Shown here in pieces: positions 1 through 9,580 of a DNA stretch of 64,000 nucleotides (positions within the stretch are counted from its first letter, which is position 1; the number at the start of each line of letters is the position of its first letter). The stretch lies in IMG/VR virus record IMGVR_UViG_3300021062_000001; one strand, 5' to 3'. Position numbers and translations under genes: made by a program. The stretch comes from a virus. The notes beneath the pieces are model-generated. The model worked only from the letters and a program-made list of their open reading frames with translations, made no database searches and was not told the DNA's origin.

Positions 1-7
1 GAAGAAG

Positions 8-241
8 ATGAACGTGCTCCCGCTGTCGATGTGGTACCCTAACTCGGACCACCGCGACATCGAGGAGGCGGTGAAGCCCCGGGATTATAAGTACCTCACC
101 TGGAACTCGGTCCTGAAGGCACGCGGCTTGCGGGACGAGTTCAAGGATTGGAAAGGTCCGGGAATTGACGTAGGATTGGATCTGAAGTTGGCTACCCGGT
201 TGGCGTCGCAGCTGGGGATGCTGAACGAGACGGACGGGTGA
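8..241 (+). CDS. hypothetical protein (frame stays open to the window edge, true start may be upstream)
   Basis: ORF track 8..241; strong G/C at codon position 3; terminator hairpin follows at 292-326. Confidence 0.5.
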   Translation: MNVLPLSMWYPNSDHRDIEEAVKPRDYKYLTWNSVLKARGLRDEFKDWKGPGIDVGLDLKLATRLASQLGMLNETDG

Positions 242-291
242 CGGCGGAGCGTGGTAACGACGCGGCGACGCCGTCAGCCTAGTGAGAGGGA

Positions 292-326
292 AGCCCCGGC
301 CGGTGGCCGGTCCGGGGCTTTTCTTT
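292..326 (+). terminator. intrinsic terminator-like hairpin
   Basis: GC stem AGCCCCGG...CCGGGGCT with inner CCGG/CCGG pairs, followed by TTTTCTTT. Confidence 0.65.
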
Positions 327-362
327 AGCCATCGGAGGGGCGTCGGTTTTTGGAGGCCTGTA

Positions 363-665
363 ATGGCAGCGATCTGCTCGTGCCGCTACTGCAACGTGAC
401 CATCTGCGACGCCACCCGGTGCGACGACTGCACCGCCGTCCTCGCCGACGCCCAGGAGCGGGGCGAGACGCTGACGACCGCCGAGGTCGCCGCCCGCGCG
501 ATGTCCAGGCGTGCCACCCGCGTAACGTGCCAGACGTCCGCCAACGTCCGCAAGCTCTCCTCGATCGCGATCAAGCTGCCGTCGCTGCCGCCCGCCCCTC
601 AACCATCGTTCGGCATGAGGCCGAACTTCTTGACCCAAGGACGGGTTCGTCATGCAGTCACCTGA
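363..665 (+). CDS. small Cys-rich protein (putative zinc-binding N-terminus)
   Basis: Internal ATG 363 of ORF 282..665 with GGAGG about 8 nt upstream; GC3-rich; MAAICSCRYCNVTICDATRCDDC. Confidence 0.55.
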   Translation: MAAICSCRYCNVTICDATRCDDCTAVLADAQERGETLTTAEVAARAMSRRATRVTCQTSANVRKLSSIAIKLPSLPPAPQPSFGMRPNFLTQGRVRHAVT

Positions 666-1377
666 GATCGCGCCCAAGTACGAGATGACGTTCGGCCGGG
701 CCGAGCGTCTCGGCGTGTTCGAGCAGTACCGGTTCTTCACCCCGGCGCTGCTGTACCTCCACGGCCGGCTGACCGACGCCCACCTGCTCGACTTCCTCCG
801 CGACGTGGCCGGCAGCTGCCGGCTGATGTTCCACAAGTTCGACCGCCCGATCTTCCGCGGGCTGCAGACCCCGGACGGCGACAAGGACTGGAACCACGGG
901 CTGTGGGCCGTCGAGGCCGACGCGTACCCGCACCTGGAGAGCTTCCTCCTCTCGCTGACCCTCGTCGACCAGCGGGCCAAGCGCGTCTACCGGGCCGGAG
1001 CCCAGGACGTGCTGGTCGCCGACCCGCTGCACGTCGACCGCCGCCCGGCCCTCTCGGCCGCGTGCCCGCTGCTGCCGATCGTGGCGTTCGGGGTCAACGC
1101 CAGCCACCGCCGCGTGAGCCTGTACTGGGACGACAAGGCCCCGGCGGCGTCGCTCCCGATCCTCCGGTACAACCCGCCCGACCCGGACATGGTCGCGTTT
1201 GCCAAGGACGTGCTCGTCGAGGAGAATCTCGACGCGGCGCTGGGCACGCCGGACCCGATGGCCACGGCCGCGGACGAGGGCGACCTCCAGCTGATCGACA
1301 TCCAATCTCTACCGCAGGCGGAGCAGGCGAACCTGATCCGCGACATCGAGGCGTACAAACAGAAGGATCGACGATGA
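652..1377 (+). CDS. hypothetical protein
   Basis: ORF track, 241 aa, GC3-rich, normal amino-acid composition unlike overlapping R/P/G-rich frames. Confidence 0.7.
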   Translation: MQSPEIAPKYEMTFGRAERLGVFEQYRFFTPALLYLHGRLTDAHLLDFLRDVAGSCRLMFHKFDRPIFRGLQTPDGDKDWNHGLWAVEADAYPHLESFLLSLTLVDQRAKRVYRAGAQDVLVADPLHVDRRPALSAACPLLPIVAFGVNASHRRVSLYWDDKAPAASLPILRYNPPDPDMVAFAKDVLVEENLDAALGTPDPMATAADEGDLQLIDIQSLPQAEQANLIRDIEAYKQKDRR

Positions 1378-1748
1378 AGGTGACACTCAAGCCGGCCGCA
1401 GGGTCCGTGCTCAAGATCACGACCAAGGATGGGACCGTCCTCACGAACGACGACGTCAAGGCGATCGAGGTGACGCCGTTCTTCTCGCTGGCCAACGGCC
1501 CGGGCGAGGTCGTGCGGGGCGAGGCGCTGACCGAGGGCGGCGAGTCGCTCGACACGTTCACGCTCACGGCGAGCGGGTCGAACGGGAAGGTCAAGCGGAC
1601 CGACGTGATCGAGCGCGTCGTGCCGCTGGTGGACAAGAAGAAGGCCGAGCCCAAGGCCGTCCCCAAGGCCACGCCCCCGGCGGCCGCGACCACCCCCGGC
1701 GTCAGCTCACAGCCGGTCGGCCGGCGGGAAGGTAACGACCGCCGATGA
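1374..1748 (+). CDS. hypothetical protein
   Basis: ATG 1374 overlaps upstream stop (ATGA); MKVTLKPAAGSVLKITTKDG...; tail of ORF 903..1748. Confidence 0.65.
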   Translation: MKVTLKPAAGSVLKITTKDGTVLTNDDVKAIEVTPFFSLANGPGEVVRGEALTEGGESLDTFTLTASGSNGKVKRTDVIERVVPLVDKKKAEPKAVPKATPPAAATTPGVSSQPVGRREGNDRR

Positions 1749-2161
1749 ACACGATCATCCCCACCCGGCTACACCGGGTGAAGACGTTCGAGTGCCGCGA
1801 GCACTTCCAGTCCGAGAACGGCGGCCGCACGCGGATCGACACGCTCTCGCAGGAGGCTTCGATCGAGGTGCAGATCGACGCCTGGGTGAACGAGACCAAG
1901 AACCTGATCGTCGCCACCGGGCCGCTCCACGTTCAGCAGAGCTACCCGAGCGGCGGCGTCGTGCAGGAGACGCGTACGCTGGCCGTGACCTACGTGCCCG
2001 CCGTGGAGCAGTCCAATGTCAAATACCCCGGAGAGCCCGGAGCGGGACCGATTCAACCAGTGGCTCAGCTCCGTGAGCCCGTCCGCCCGGCACCAGTTGA
2101 AGGGGACGGCGGAGCTGGTGGTCGAGCCCGAGGACCGCTCCGCCTTCCGCCAGTTTCATGA
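1745..2161 (+). CDS. hypothetical protein (3' end overlaps next gene by about 145 nt)
   Basis: ATGA overlap with upstream stop; plausible composition up to about 2015, after which the coding signal moves to the 2016 frame. Confidence 0.55.
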   Translation: MNTIIPTRLHRVKTFECREHFQSENGGRTRIDTLSQEASIEVQIDAWVNETKNLIVATGPLHVQQSYPSGGVVQETRTLAVTYVPAVEQSNVKYPGEPGAGPIQPVAQLREPVRPAPVEGDGGAGGRARGPLRLPPVS

Positions 2162-2648
2162 CGACCTCGACCCGGCGGCCCAGCAGGCGGCCAGGGACGA
2201 GGCGGCGACGAAGAGCGAGTGGCCGCAGGGCCGCAAGCCGAAGTATTGCCTCGCCCTCCAGAAGGACGGGGAGTGGCTGGCCCTCAAGATCTTCCCGGAC
2301 CTCGACACGATGGTCGCCCGGCTGAAGGAGCTTGAGGGCACGGACACCGTCGCGATCCCGTTCCTCGGCATCCCGCTCCCGCTCACCAAGGGGCCGGAAC
2401 GCCTCGTCATGCTGCCGGACAACTCGGCCGTGCGGGCGCGGGACGGCAAGGTGATCGAGGAGATCCACGACGAGGTCACGCTGCAGGACGACTGGTTCCT
2501 CGGGCCGCCCGAGCTGTCGATCGTGACCAGCCGGCCGGACGACGAGGACGAGGACTCGAAGAAGGCGAAGAAGGGCAAGATCCCCGGCCCGCCCGAGGAC
2601 GACGACGAGGACGACGAGCCCGACGAGGCCGGGGAGGACGGCGACTAA
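2016..2648 (+). CDS. hypothetical protein with acidic D/E-rich C-terminal tail
   Basis: ORF track, 210 aa, GC3-rich; ends PPEDDDEDDEPDEAGEDGD. Confidence 0.7.
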   Translation: MSNTPESPERDRFNQWLSSVSPSARHQLKGTAELVVEPEDRSAFRQFHDDLDPAAQQAARDEAATKSEWPQGRKPKYCLALQKDGEWLALKIFPDLDTMVARLKELEGTDTVAIPFLGIPLPLTKGPERLVMLPDNSAVRARDGKVIEEIHDEVTLQDDWFLGPPELSIVTSRPDDEDEDSKKAKKGKIPGPPEDDDEDDEPDEAGEDGD

Positions 2649-2716
2649 ATCCCCGGCCGAAACGCGGCATAATAGGTGAGCAGACGCTTACAGCTTCCGC
2701 TCGGCTCCCCCTAGCT

Positions 2717-2755
2717 AACCGGGACGTGCCCCACGGGCGTCCCGGTTTTCTATTG
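2717..2755 (+). terminator. intrinsic terminator
   Basis: Stem AACCGGGACG / CGTCCCGGTT, 11-nt loop, then TTTTCTATT. Confidence 0.7.
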
Positions 2756-2844
2756 CGCCGTTGCGTTGACGGCGTTCGGAGCTAACGTGCTCGTCGCGCG
2801 GCCGACGTTACCCGGCCGACGAGCGAAGGTCTCTCACTAGGAGT

Positions 2845-4509
2845 TTGGCCATGAGCCAACAGAATCACCCCGCGTCGTTCACGTCCTTCGATGCGTTCAA
2901 GCAGGCCGGCGAGAGCCCCCTGCACGCACAGTGGCGGCAGGACCGGACGGTCCGCCACCGCGTCCCCCTCACCGAGGCGTGGCGCGGCTGCGTCGGCCTC
3001 GCGGCGTTGTTCCGCAACGCGGAGCACGCGCTGAACCACGGCGACCTGATGCTGATGCCGAACAGCCACATGCAGTGGCTGGTCCTGCGGGACGTGCCGA
3101 TCGGGCACTTCCCCGGCAGCCAGCCGATGAACCGCCGGGACGTGAACCTCGCCTCCCTGGCCCAGGCGGAGTTCCGCTACGGCATGCCGGTGATCGACTT
3201 CACCCGCGACCCGCGTAACAGCTGGGACTTCAAGTTCGAGCCGTCGACGGGGCTGGTCCCGCCGAGCCCGGCCGAACTCGACACCCTGGCCAAGCTGGGC
3301 TTCAAGCCCGAGGAGATGACGAAGCTCCTGTCCGCCGAGCTGCCCGTGCCGGGCGACACGCTCCACGCGGTCAAGGACGCCCGCGAGTTCGGCGTGCTGA
3401 ACAAGCTCAGCGCCGAGATGACCCGGTTCGCGTTCGCGGCCAAGGACCACCAGGGCCGCCCCGTGCGGCCCAGCTGGCACAAGGCCAAGCCCGAGGGCGT
3501 CGGCACCGTCGAGGTGGAGCCGCCGTACAAGTGGTTCCCGTCCTCGTACCTCGGCTTCCCGATCGCCAAGGCCGACCAGATCTACTGGGAGGCGACCGAG
3601 TCGAAGCCGGAGGGCCACGCGATCATGTGCTCCAAGTGCAAGGAGCACGTCGACGCGAAGGTGTTCCGGTTCCGGGCGAAGAGCTTGCACGTCCAGACGT
3701 TCGAGAGCGGCGACTTCGTGGCCGACTGCCCGGCCTGCCGCCAGCGTCACAAGTGGCACCTGGAGGACATGGTGCCGGCGAAGATCGTGCGTCACTTCCC
3801 GATCGCGTTCAAGGACCGGTTCACCCGGGACCTGGGGGAGGGGCTCCCGCTGCGGAGCGTCGGGAAGAGCGTGTACTGCGGCCCGCTGCAGTACGCCCGC
3901 GAGCGGGACAACGCCAACCTGCCCGACGCGGTCACGCGGTGCGCGGCCGACCTGGTGCCGCACCGGTTCCGGTCCGAGGTGACGGGCGACAAGTACCTCG
4001 TGTACCTGCCGGCCTTCTCGCGGATCGTGGCCAAGCAGGGCCAGGTGCTCGACGCCGGCGAGGTCTGGGCGTACGGGCTGCACGAGAACCCGAGCCCGAG
4101 CTGGTCGTCGCAGGACCGGCTGGCGAAGTGGCAGCAGCTCGAAGGCGTCTGCGGCGGGCACGACTACGTCGGCCTGTTCCAGCAGGCGTGGTTCGAGCAC
4201 CAGGCCGTCGTCGACGCCGACGCGCCCGGCCAGATCCTGTGGCCGTCCGACCTCGTCGGGCTGGCGGCCAAGGGCATCGAGCCCACGGGCATCTGGTGGG
4301 ACATCTGCCCCGCCGGCCGCTTCACGGACTCGGACCTGGACGCGATCGTGTTCCCGCCCCTGCGGGTGCACGAGTGGGACAAGCTGCGGTTCAGCCTCCC
4401 CGGCGACGTCGCCTTGGACGCCGGGATCAACGACGACCGGTTCGACCGCCGGGTCGGACGCGGTGAGCTGAAGAAGCACAAGGCGCGTCGGGCTACCGTC
4501 AAGGCCTGA
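2845..4509 (+). CDS. hypothetical protein with internal zinc-ribbon-like CxxC...CxxC
   Basis: 554 aa ORF, GGAG upstream of ATG; CSKCKEH...CPACRQRH; no Walker A seen, so not called terminase. Confidence 0.75.
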   Translation: MAMSQQNHPASFTSFDAFKQAGESPLHAQWRQDRTVRHRVPLTEAWRGCVGLAALFRNAEHALNHGDLMLMPNSHMQWLVLRDVPIGHFPGSQPMNRRDVNLASLAQAEFRYGMPVIDFTRDPRNSWDFKFEPSTGLVPPSPAELDTLAKLGFKPEEMTKLLSAELPVPGDTLHAVKDAREFGVLNKLSAEMTRFAFAAKDHQGRPVRPSWHKAKPEGVGTVEVEPPYKWFPSSYLGFPIAKADQIYWEATESKPEGHAIMCSKCKEHVDAKVFRFRAKSLHVQTFESGDFVADCPACRQRHKWHLEDMVPAKIVRHFPIAFKDRFTRDLGEGLPLRSVGKSVYCGPLQYARERDNANLPDAVTRCAADLVPHRFRSEVTGDKYLVYLPAFSRIVAKQGQVLDAGEVWAYGLHENPSPSWSSQDRLAKWQQLEGVCGGHDYVGLFQQAWFEHQAVVDADAPGQILWPSDLVGLAAKGIEPTGIWWDICPAGRFTDSDLDAIVFPPLRVHEWDKLRFSLPGDVALDAGINDDRFDRRVGRGELKKHKARRATVKA

Positions 4510-4564
4510 CGCTGTCCTGGGGCCGCCGCCCGTGCGGGGCGGCCCCGCAACAGCCAACGCAAGG

Positions 4565-4605
4565 AAGGCAGGGTGGCCCCGCGAGGGGCCGCCTTGCTTT
4601 TCTTT
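4565..4605 (+). terminator. intrinsic terminator (second of two hairpins; first is a 9-bp GC hairpin at 4519-4546)
   Basis: GGCCCC-GCGA-GGGGCC core with outer AAGGC/GCCTT pairs, followed by GCTTTTCTTT. Confidence 0.65.
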
Positions 4606-4681
4606 ACCTATCAGCGGAACCTACCCCTTTGTGGGGGAGGGCTCGCGTTGCTAAGATGCCCGGGGCATCGAGGTCAAGGAC

Positions 4682-4707
4682 GATCTAAAAACCGGTTTTG
4701 AGAAGGA
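4682..4707 (+). promoter_or_regulatory. palindromic box copy 1 (GATCTAAAAACCGGTTTTGAGAAGGA)
   Basis: Core AAAACCGGTTTT 4688-4699; 14 nt before ATG 4714; preceded by terminator. Confidence 0.6.
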
Positions 4708-4713
4708 ACTCCA

Positions 4714-6405
4714 ATGTCCCGAGCAGGCATGCGAAGCTCAGCGGCCGGCGGCCACGTCGCACCGTGGTGGCAGGCGAACAACCAGGGCGGCGACAACGAC
4801 GTCGTCGCCCACACGCCCGACCCGACCAAGTACCACTCGACCAGCTCGGACGGCGACCAGGCGAACAAGCTCGGGCACGGCCCCCGCGGCCTGATGGGTG
4901 CCGTGATCCCCCGGGCACGCAACGACGGCAGCTCCCGCGGCTTCGACCACAACCGCGCGGGCGTCGTCGTCGTCGACCCCAACGCCCCGGACGGCGGCGT
5001 CGTGCTCGACCTCGACAACCTCCAGAACGCCGAGACGCAGGACGCGCTCGAACAGGTCGGCTACAACGTCGGCTACGGCCGCGAGACGGACCAGGAGACG
5101 TACGCCGCGATCGCGATGCTCAGCAAGCCGATCAGCGAGGCGACGCTGGAGGACGTGACGCCCGAGTACCTGATCGACTCGGTGGCGTCCGGCCCCGTCA
5201 AGCGTGCCGCCGACCAGGCCGTCAACCAGATGCGGTCGAACCGGTACGCCCCCAACTCGTACGTCACCCCGCGGGGCGACAGCGAGGGCCGCCAGCGTCA
5301 CGACCTCGGCACCTCGGCCAACCGGCCCGTCCGCCGCCGCGTCGAGCCCGTGCGGGACGAGCCCGTCGCCCGCCCCGCCCCGCAGCGGCGGGCACCGGCG
5401 CACGCCAAGCCCGCGCCGCAGCCCCAGCGCCGGGCGGTCACCCGCCCGCAACCGACAGCCCCGGTGCTCGACGTCGAGCCCGAGTACGAAGAGAAACTCC
5501 CCTACGAAGAGGAAGCACCAGTCATGGCCAAGCAAGGAAGCGCCCGCCCCGCCCAACGCCCCGCCCCGCAGCAGCCGGCCCGCCGGCCAGCCGCCCGCCC
5601 GCAGCCCGTCGCCGAGGAGGTCGAGGTCGACCCGCTGGAGCTGCTGACCAAGCTGGCCGCGTCGCAGGGCATGAAGCTCGCCCCCGCCCGCCCGCAGCCC
5701 CGCCGCCGCGTGGCCGAGCTGCCGCCCGAGGAGGAGGCGTACGACGAGCAGCCGGAGGCGTTCGTCGACGAGGACGAGGAGATCCTCGACGAGCAGGAGG
5801 TCGACTTCCCGCCCCAGGCCCAGGCCCCTCGCCGGGCTCAGCAGCCGGCCCACCGCCACCCGCCCACGTCGGCGATCCACCGCCCCGGGACGCCCACGCC
5901 CCGCCAGGGCCGCGCCCAGGCCCCGCAGCGTCGCCCGGTGCCCCGCCAGCGGCCGCAGGAGCAGTTCTACGAGGAGGACGCCCCCGAGGCCGCGCAGCGT
6001 GGCCCGGACATGGGCGAGCTGTTCTCCGCCCTGGCCCTGTCGTTCGTCTCGGGCGTCGAGGCGGAGAAGCCGAAGAAGACCGCCGTGTTCGACCTCGGGC
6101 CGGGCGGCATCCTCCGCAAGCGGTACCACGAGATCATCCAAGGTGCGGACTGCGTGGTTCTGGTGTACGATACTCGTTACGAGGACGGCGAGCAGTGGGT
6201 GCCGCCCCAGACCGACGAGGCGTTCACCGTCGCGATCCCGGACGCCAAGAAGGCCGGGAAGCCGGGCGACCCGATCGCCGTCCGGTCGTTCGGGCTGCAG
6301 TTCAGCCTCGGCTGCATGGACGTGATCGTCCTCGTCAACGCCGAGGACGCCGCCCCCGAACACGCCCTGATGGGCGACGCCGACGAGGAGGACCTGAACG
6401 GCTGA
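4714..6405 (+). CDS. hypothetical protein with long P/A/Q/R-rich disordered middle
   Basis: 563 aa; globular-looking N and C ends; competing frame 4698..6431 is an R/P/G artefact. Confidence 0.7.
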   Translation: MSRAGMRSSAAGGHVAPWWQANNQGGDNDVVAHTPDPTKYHSTSSDGDQANKLGHGPRGLMGAVIPRARNDGSSRGFDHNRAGVVVVDPNAPDGGVVLDLDNLQNAETQDALEQVGYNVGYGRETDQETYAAIAMLSKPISEATLEDVTPEYLIDSVASGPVKRAADQAVNQMRSNRYAPNSYVTPRGDSEGRQRHDLGTSANRPVRRRVEPVRDEPVARPAPQRRAPAHAKPAPQPQRRAVTRPQPTAPVLDVEPEYEEKLPYEEEAPVMAKQGSARPAQRPAPQQPARRPAARPQPVAEEVEVDPLELLTKLAASQGMKLAPARPQPRRRVAELPPEEEAYDEQPEAFVDEDEEILDEQEVDFPPQAQAPRRAQQPAHRHPPTSAIHRPGTPTPRQGRAQAPQRRPVPRQRPQEQFYEEDAPEAAQRGPDMGELFSALALSFVSGVEAEKPKKTAVFDLGPGGILRKRYHEIIQGADCVVLVYDTRYEDGEQWVPPQTDEAFTVAIPDAKKAGKPGDPIAVRSFGLQFSLGCMDVIVLVNAEDAAPEHALMGDADEEDLNG

Positions 6406-6465
6406 GCCGCCGGGTCCGTACTGACAACTGAAGCCTGACCCTTAGCCGACACGGAGGTCGCTACC

Positions 6466-6678
6466 ATGATCGAGAAGAACGGCGCTATCACGGACGAGAC
6501 GCCCGAGGAGATCACGCCCGTCAAGGGCACGCCCGGCGGCCGGTTCTACGGCTCGCCCAGCGGGTGTGCCAAGCCCAACTGCTGCCGCACGAAGGCCGCG
6601 AACGACGCCAACAGCTCGCGGACCGACCACGCCGCCACCCGGGCGGCCGACGCGGTGGCCAACGCCGCCCGCAAGTGA
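6466..6678 (+). CDS. small hypothetical protein
   Basis: 70 aa ORF with GGAGG upstream of the ATG. Confidence 0.45.
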   Translation: MIEKNGAITDETPEEITPVKGTPGGRFYGSPSGCAKPNCCRTKAANDANSSRTDHAATRAADAVANAARK

Positions 6679-6734
6679 CTGAGTAGGACCGGCACGGACT
6701 CGCCGGTCACCGCACTCGTTCAAGGACGAACACG

Positions 6735-8663
6735 ATGAGCGCTGGCATCATGCGCGGGATCGGTCGGGGCAGTGGTGGTCTCGACAACTTCCCCGACCCC
6801 TTCCTCGACGTCGCCTCACTCAGCATGCCGCAGTCGATGCGGAACGCGCTGCAGTGGTGCGAGTACATTTACATGTCCCACGGGACGTACCGGATGGCCC
6901 TTGAGCGGATCATCTCGTACTTCCTCACGGACATCGAGTTCGTCGACGACGAGGCCAGCGACGACGAGAAGGACAAGTGGGAAGAGTTCATGCGTGACAC
7001 GCTCGACGTGTTCACGAACCTGCAGTGCTGCTACCGCAACCGGATGTGCTACGGCAACGGCTTCACGAGCGTGCTCGTGCCGTTCAAGCGGTTTCTGGTG
7101 TGCCCGAAGTGCGGCAGCTCCTACCCGCTCAAGGTCGTCTACAACAACAAGGTCTTCAACTTCGCCTGGCAGGAGATGAAGTTCACGGCCACCTGCCCCG
7201 TGTGCAAGGTGGGCCGCGGGTACCGGGGGCCGTGGAAGGTCGACGACAAGCCGGACGACGAGGAGCGGAAGATCCGCATCAAGCACTGGAACCCGCACGA
7301 GATCGAGATCCTCGAAGACTACTACACGAACGAGACCGCCTACCTCTGGCGCATCCCCGAGGACTACAAGCAACAGGTCCGCAAGGGCAACCTGTACCAC
7401 CTGGAGCGGGCGAGCGTCCCGGTCCTCGACGCGATCAAGAAGAACCAGATGTTCCGCTTCAACGCGGACGTCATCCACCACATGAAGGAGCCGACGCTCG
7501 CCGGCATCCGCAACCGCGGGTGGGGCATCCCCCGCACGCTGTCGAACTTCAGGCAGATCTACTACGTGCAGGTGCTGCGTCGCTACAACGAAGCGATCGC
7601 CCTCGACTACGTCATCCCCTTCCGCCTCATCACGCCCGCACCCCGGCCCGGGGCCGGCGGCGCTGGCGGCGGTGCCCAGACGATGGACCCGATGATGGCG
7701 TTCAACATGGGCGACTTCCGCTCGTCGGTGCAGTCGATGCTCCGCAAGCGGCGGCGTGACCCGGCGAGCTGGAACGTGCTGCCCTTTCCGGTGCAGTACC
7801 AGATGCTCGGCGGCGACGCCTCGAACCTCGCCCCGGTCGACCTGATCGCCAACGGCACCGAGCAGCTCCTGAACGACGTCGGCACGCCCGTCGAGCTGTA
7901 CAAGGGCACGCTCCAGCTCCAGACCGCCCCGGTCGCCCTCCGCCTGTTCGAGGCGACGTGGCACCCGCTCGTGCACGACGGGAACAACTGGCTGCGGTGG
8001 CTGGCCCGCCAGGTCGGCCAGATCATGAGCTGGGAGGTCGTCAAGCCGACCCTGCAGCGCGTGACGATCGCCGACGACATCCAGAAGCAGATGATGCGGC
8101 TGCAGCTCATGATGGGCCAGCAGGTGTCGGGCACGGACGGCCTCAAGAGCGTCGGCCTCGACTGGAAGCAGCAGCAGAAGCGGATGTCCGAGGAGGCACG
8201 CTTCCAGGCCGAGCAGCAGGCCCGCATGCAGGAGGAGATGGACCAGGCGGGCTTCGCCGCACAGATGGCCAAGGGCAACGTCAGCCCGGGGCCGGGCGGC
8301 GGGCCGCAGCAGAGCGGGCCGGGCGGGGCACCTCCGGGACAAGGCGGCGGGGCTCAGGGGGGAGCCCCTGCCGCCGCCCCGGGCATGATGCCGGGCGGCG
8401 GTCCCGTGGACCAGTGGCTGGCGAACATGGGGCCGAACACGCCCGTGCAGCCGCAGGAGATGGTGGCGGCGGCCGACAGCCTCGCCCAGCAGCTCCTCGG
8501 CCAGCCCGAGGGCGTCAAGGACAGCCAGCTCCGGCTGCTCAAGCAGAAGAACGAGGTCATGCACGCGATCGTGCGGTCGCGACTCGACACGATCCGCAAC
8601 CAGGCCAAGACGCAGGGCGGGGCTCAGGTGCTCGCCCAGGCGGGGGGACAAGCCCCGGCGTAA
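6735..8663 (+). CDS. large hypothetical protein, possible portal/head-tail connector (call weak)
   Basis: 642 aa; N-terminal block FPDPFLDVASLSMPQSMRNALQWCEYIY; zinc-ribbon insert CPKCG...CPVCK; Q/G/P-rich tail. Size and virion-like neighbourhood only, not verified. Confidence 0.4.
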   Translation: MSAGIMRGIGRGSGGLDNFPDPFLDVASLSMPQSMRNALQWCEYIYMSHGTYRMALERIISYFLTDIEFVDDEASDDEKDKWEEFMRDTLDVFTNLQCCYRNRMCYGNGFTSVLVPFKRFLVCPKCGSSYPLKVVYNNKVFNFAWQEMKFTATCPVCKVGRGYRGPWKVDDKPDDEERKIRIKHWNPHEIEILEDYYTNETAYLWRIPEDYKQQVRKGNLYHLERASVPVLDAIKKNQMFRFNADVIHHMKEPTLAGIRNRGWGIPRTLSNFRQIYYVQVLRRYNEAIALDYVIPFRLITPAPRPGAGGAGGGAQTMDPMMAFNMGDFRSSVQSMLRKRRRDPASWNVLPFPVQYQMLGGDASNLAPVDLIANGTEQLLNDVGTPVELYKGTLQLQTAPVALRLFEATWHPLVHDGNNWLRWLARQVGQIMSWEVVKPTLQRVTIADDIQKQMMRLQLMMGQQVSGTDGLKSVGLDWKQQQKRMSEEARFQAEQQARMQEEMDQAGFAAQMAKGNVSPGPGGGPQQSGPGGAPPGQGGGAQGGAPAAAPGMMPGGGPVDQWLANMGPNTPVQPQEMVAAADSLAQQLLGQPEGVKDSQLRLLKQKNEVMHAIVRSRLDTIRNQAKTQGGAQVLAQAGGQAPA

Positions 8664-8757
8664 TTCGATTTGATACGGGCTCGGCCGAGGGTATGATTGC
8701 CCGCCGATCCAGGGCCAATTCAAGGAAGAGGTCACGCCGCGTCCGCCGCTGGCCGGT

Positions 8758-9579
8758 GTGCCGTCTGCACCGATGCGAGACGACGACTGCCCGAACATCC
8801 TGGTGATCGTCCCGACCTACGGGGCGTTCGATTACGCACGCAAGACGCTCCAGTCCATGTTCGAGCACTCGAACAAGGAGCGGGTGGCCGCCGTGGTCGT
8901 CGACGACGGCAGCCCCGACTGGCACGACCAGTGGTACAAGGACGTGGGCGGCGGCTCGATCGGGATCATCAACTACTTGAACAACGGCGGGCTGACCAAG
9001 GCGTGGAACGTCGGGTTCCACTTCGCCTTCGACCAGTGCGCGGAGGCGGCGGACTTCGTCGTCGCCACGAACAGCGACGTGATCTTCACCGCCGGCTGGT
9101 GGCGGCCGATGGTCCACGCCCTCGAACACGGGTGGGACCTCGTCGGCCCGCTGTCCAACGCCCCGGGTGCCAGCTCCAAGGGCGTGCAGGACATCAAGCG
9201 GTGGGCGAGGGGCGTGGGCACCACCGACACGCGGACCTCGCTCGCCAACGTCCCCCGCATCGTCCAGAAGGCGTACGGCAACAACGTCGCCCCGTGCGAC
9301 GTCAACGGCTTCTTCATGATGGCGAAGAAGTCGACGTGGCTCGCCCACGCCCACGACGCCCCGCTGCACATGTTCCCGCCCTCGATCGACGTCATGCCCA
9401 GCGGCCGGCGGAACCCCACGCCCCTGATGACGGGGCAGGAGGACTGGCTCAACCACAGGATCAAGAAGGCGGGCGGCCGCACCGGGGCGTGCACCGGCTC
9501 GTACATCTTCCACTACCGCTCGGTCACCCGCGGCGAGCAACACGCGCAGGGGGACTGGCACAGGATGAAGGCAGGATGA
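8758..9579 (+). CDS. glycosyltransferase family 2-like (GT-A fold)
   Basis: ILVIVPTYGAFDYARKTLQS...VVVDDGSPD...ATNSDVIF matches the GT2 N-terminal pattern. Confidence 0.8.
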   Translation: MPSAPMRDDDCPNILVIVPTYGAFDYARKTLQSMFEHSNKERVAAVVVDDGSPDWHDQWYKDVGGGSIGIINYLNNGGLTKAWNVGFHFAFDQCAEAADFVVATNSDVIFTAGWWRPMVHALEHGWDLVGPLSNAPGASSKGVQDIKRWARGVGTTDTRTSLANVPRIVQKAYGNNVAPCDVNGFFMMAKKSTWLAHAHDAPLHMFPPSIDVMPSGRRNPTPLMTGQEDWLNHRIKKAGGRTGACTGSYIFHYRSVTRGEQHAQGDWHRMKAG

Positions 9580-9580
9580 G

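Noticed and set aside
2845-4509. The 554-aa ORF upstream of the possible portal as terminase large subunit
   Set aside because: No Walker A (GxxxxGK[ST]) or recognisable nuclease motifs were seen. Position alone is not enough.
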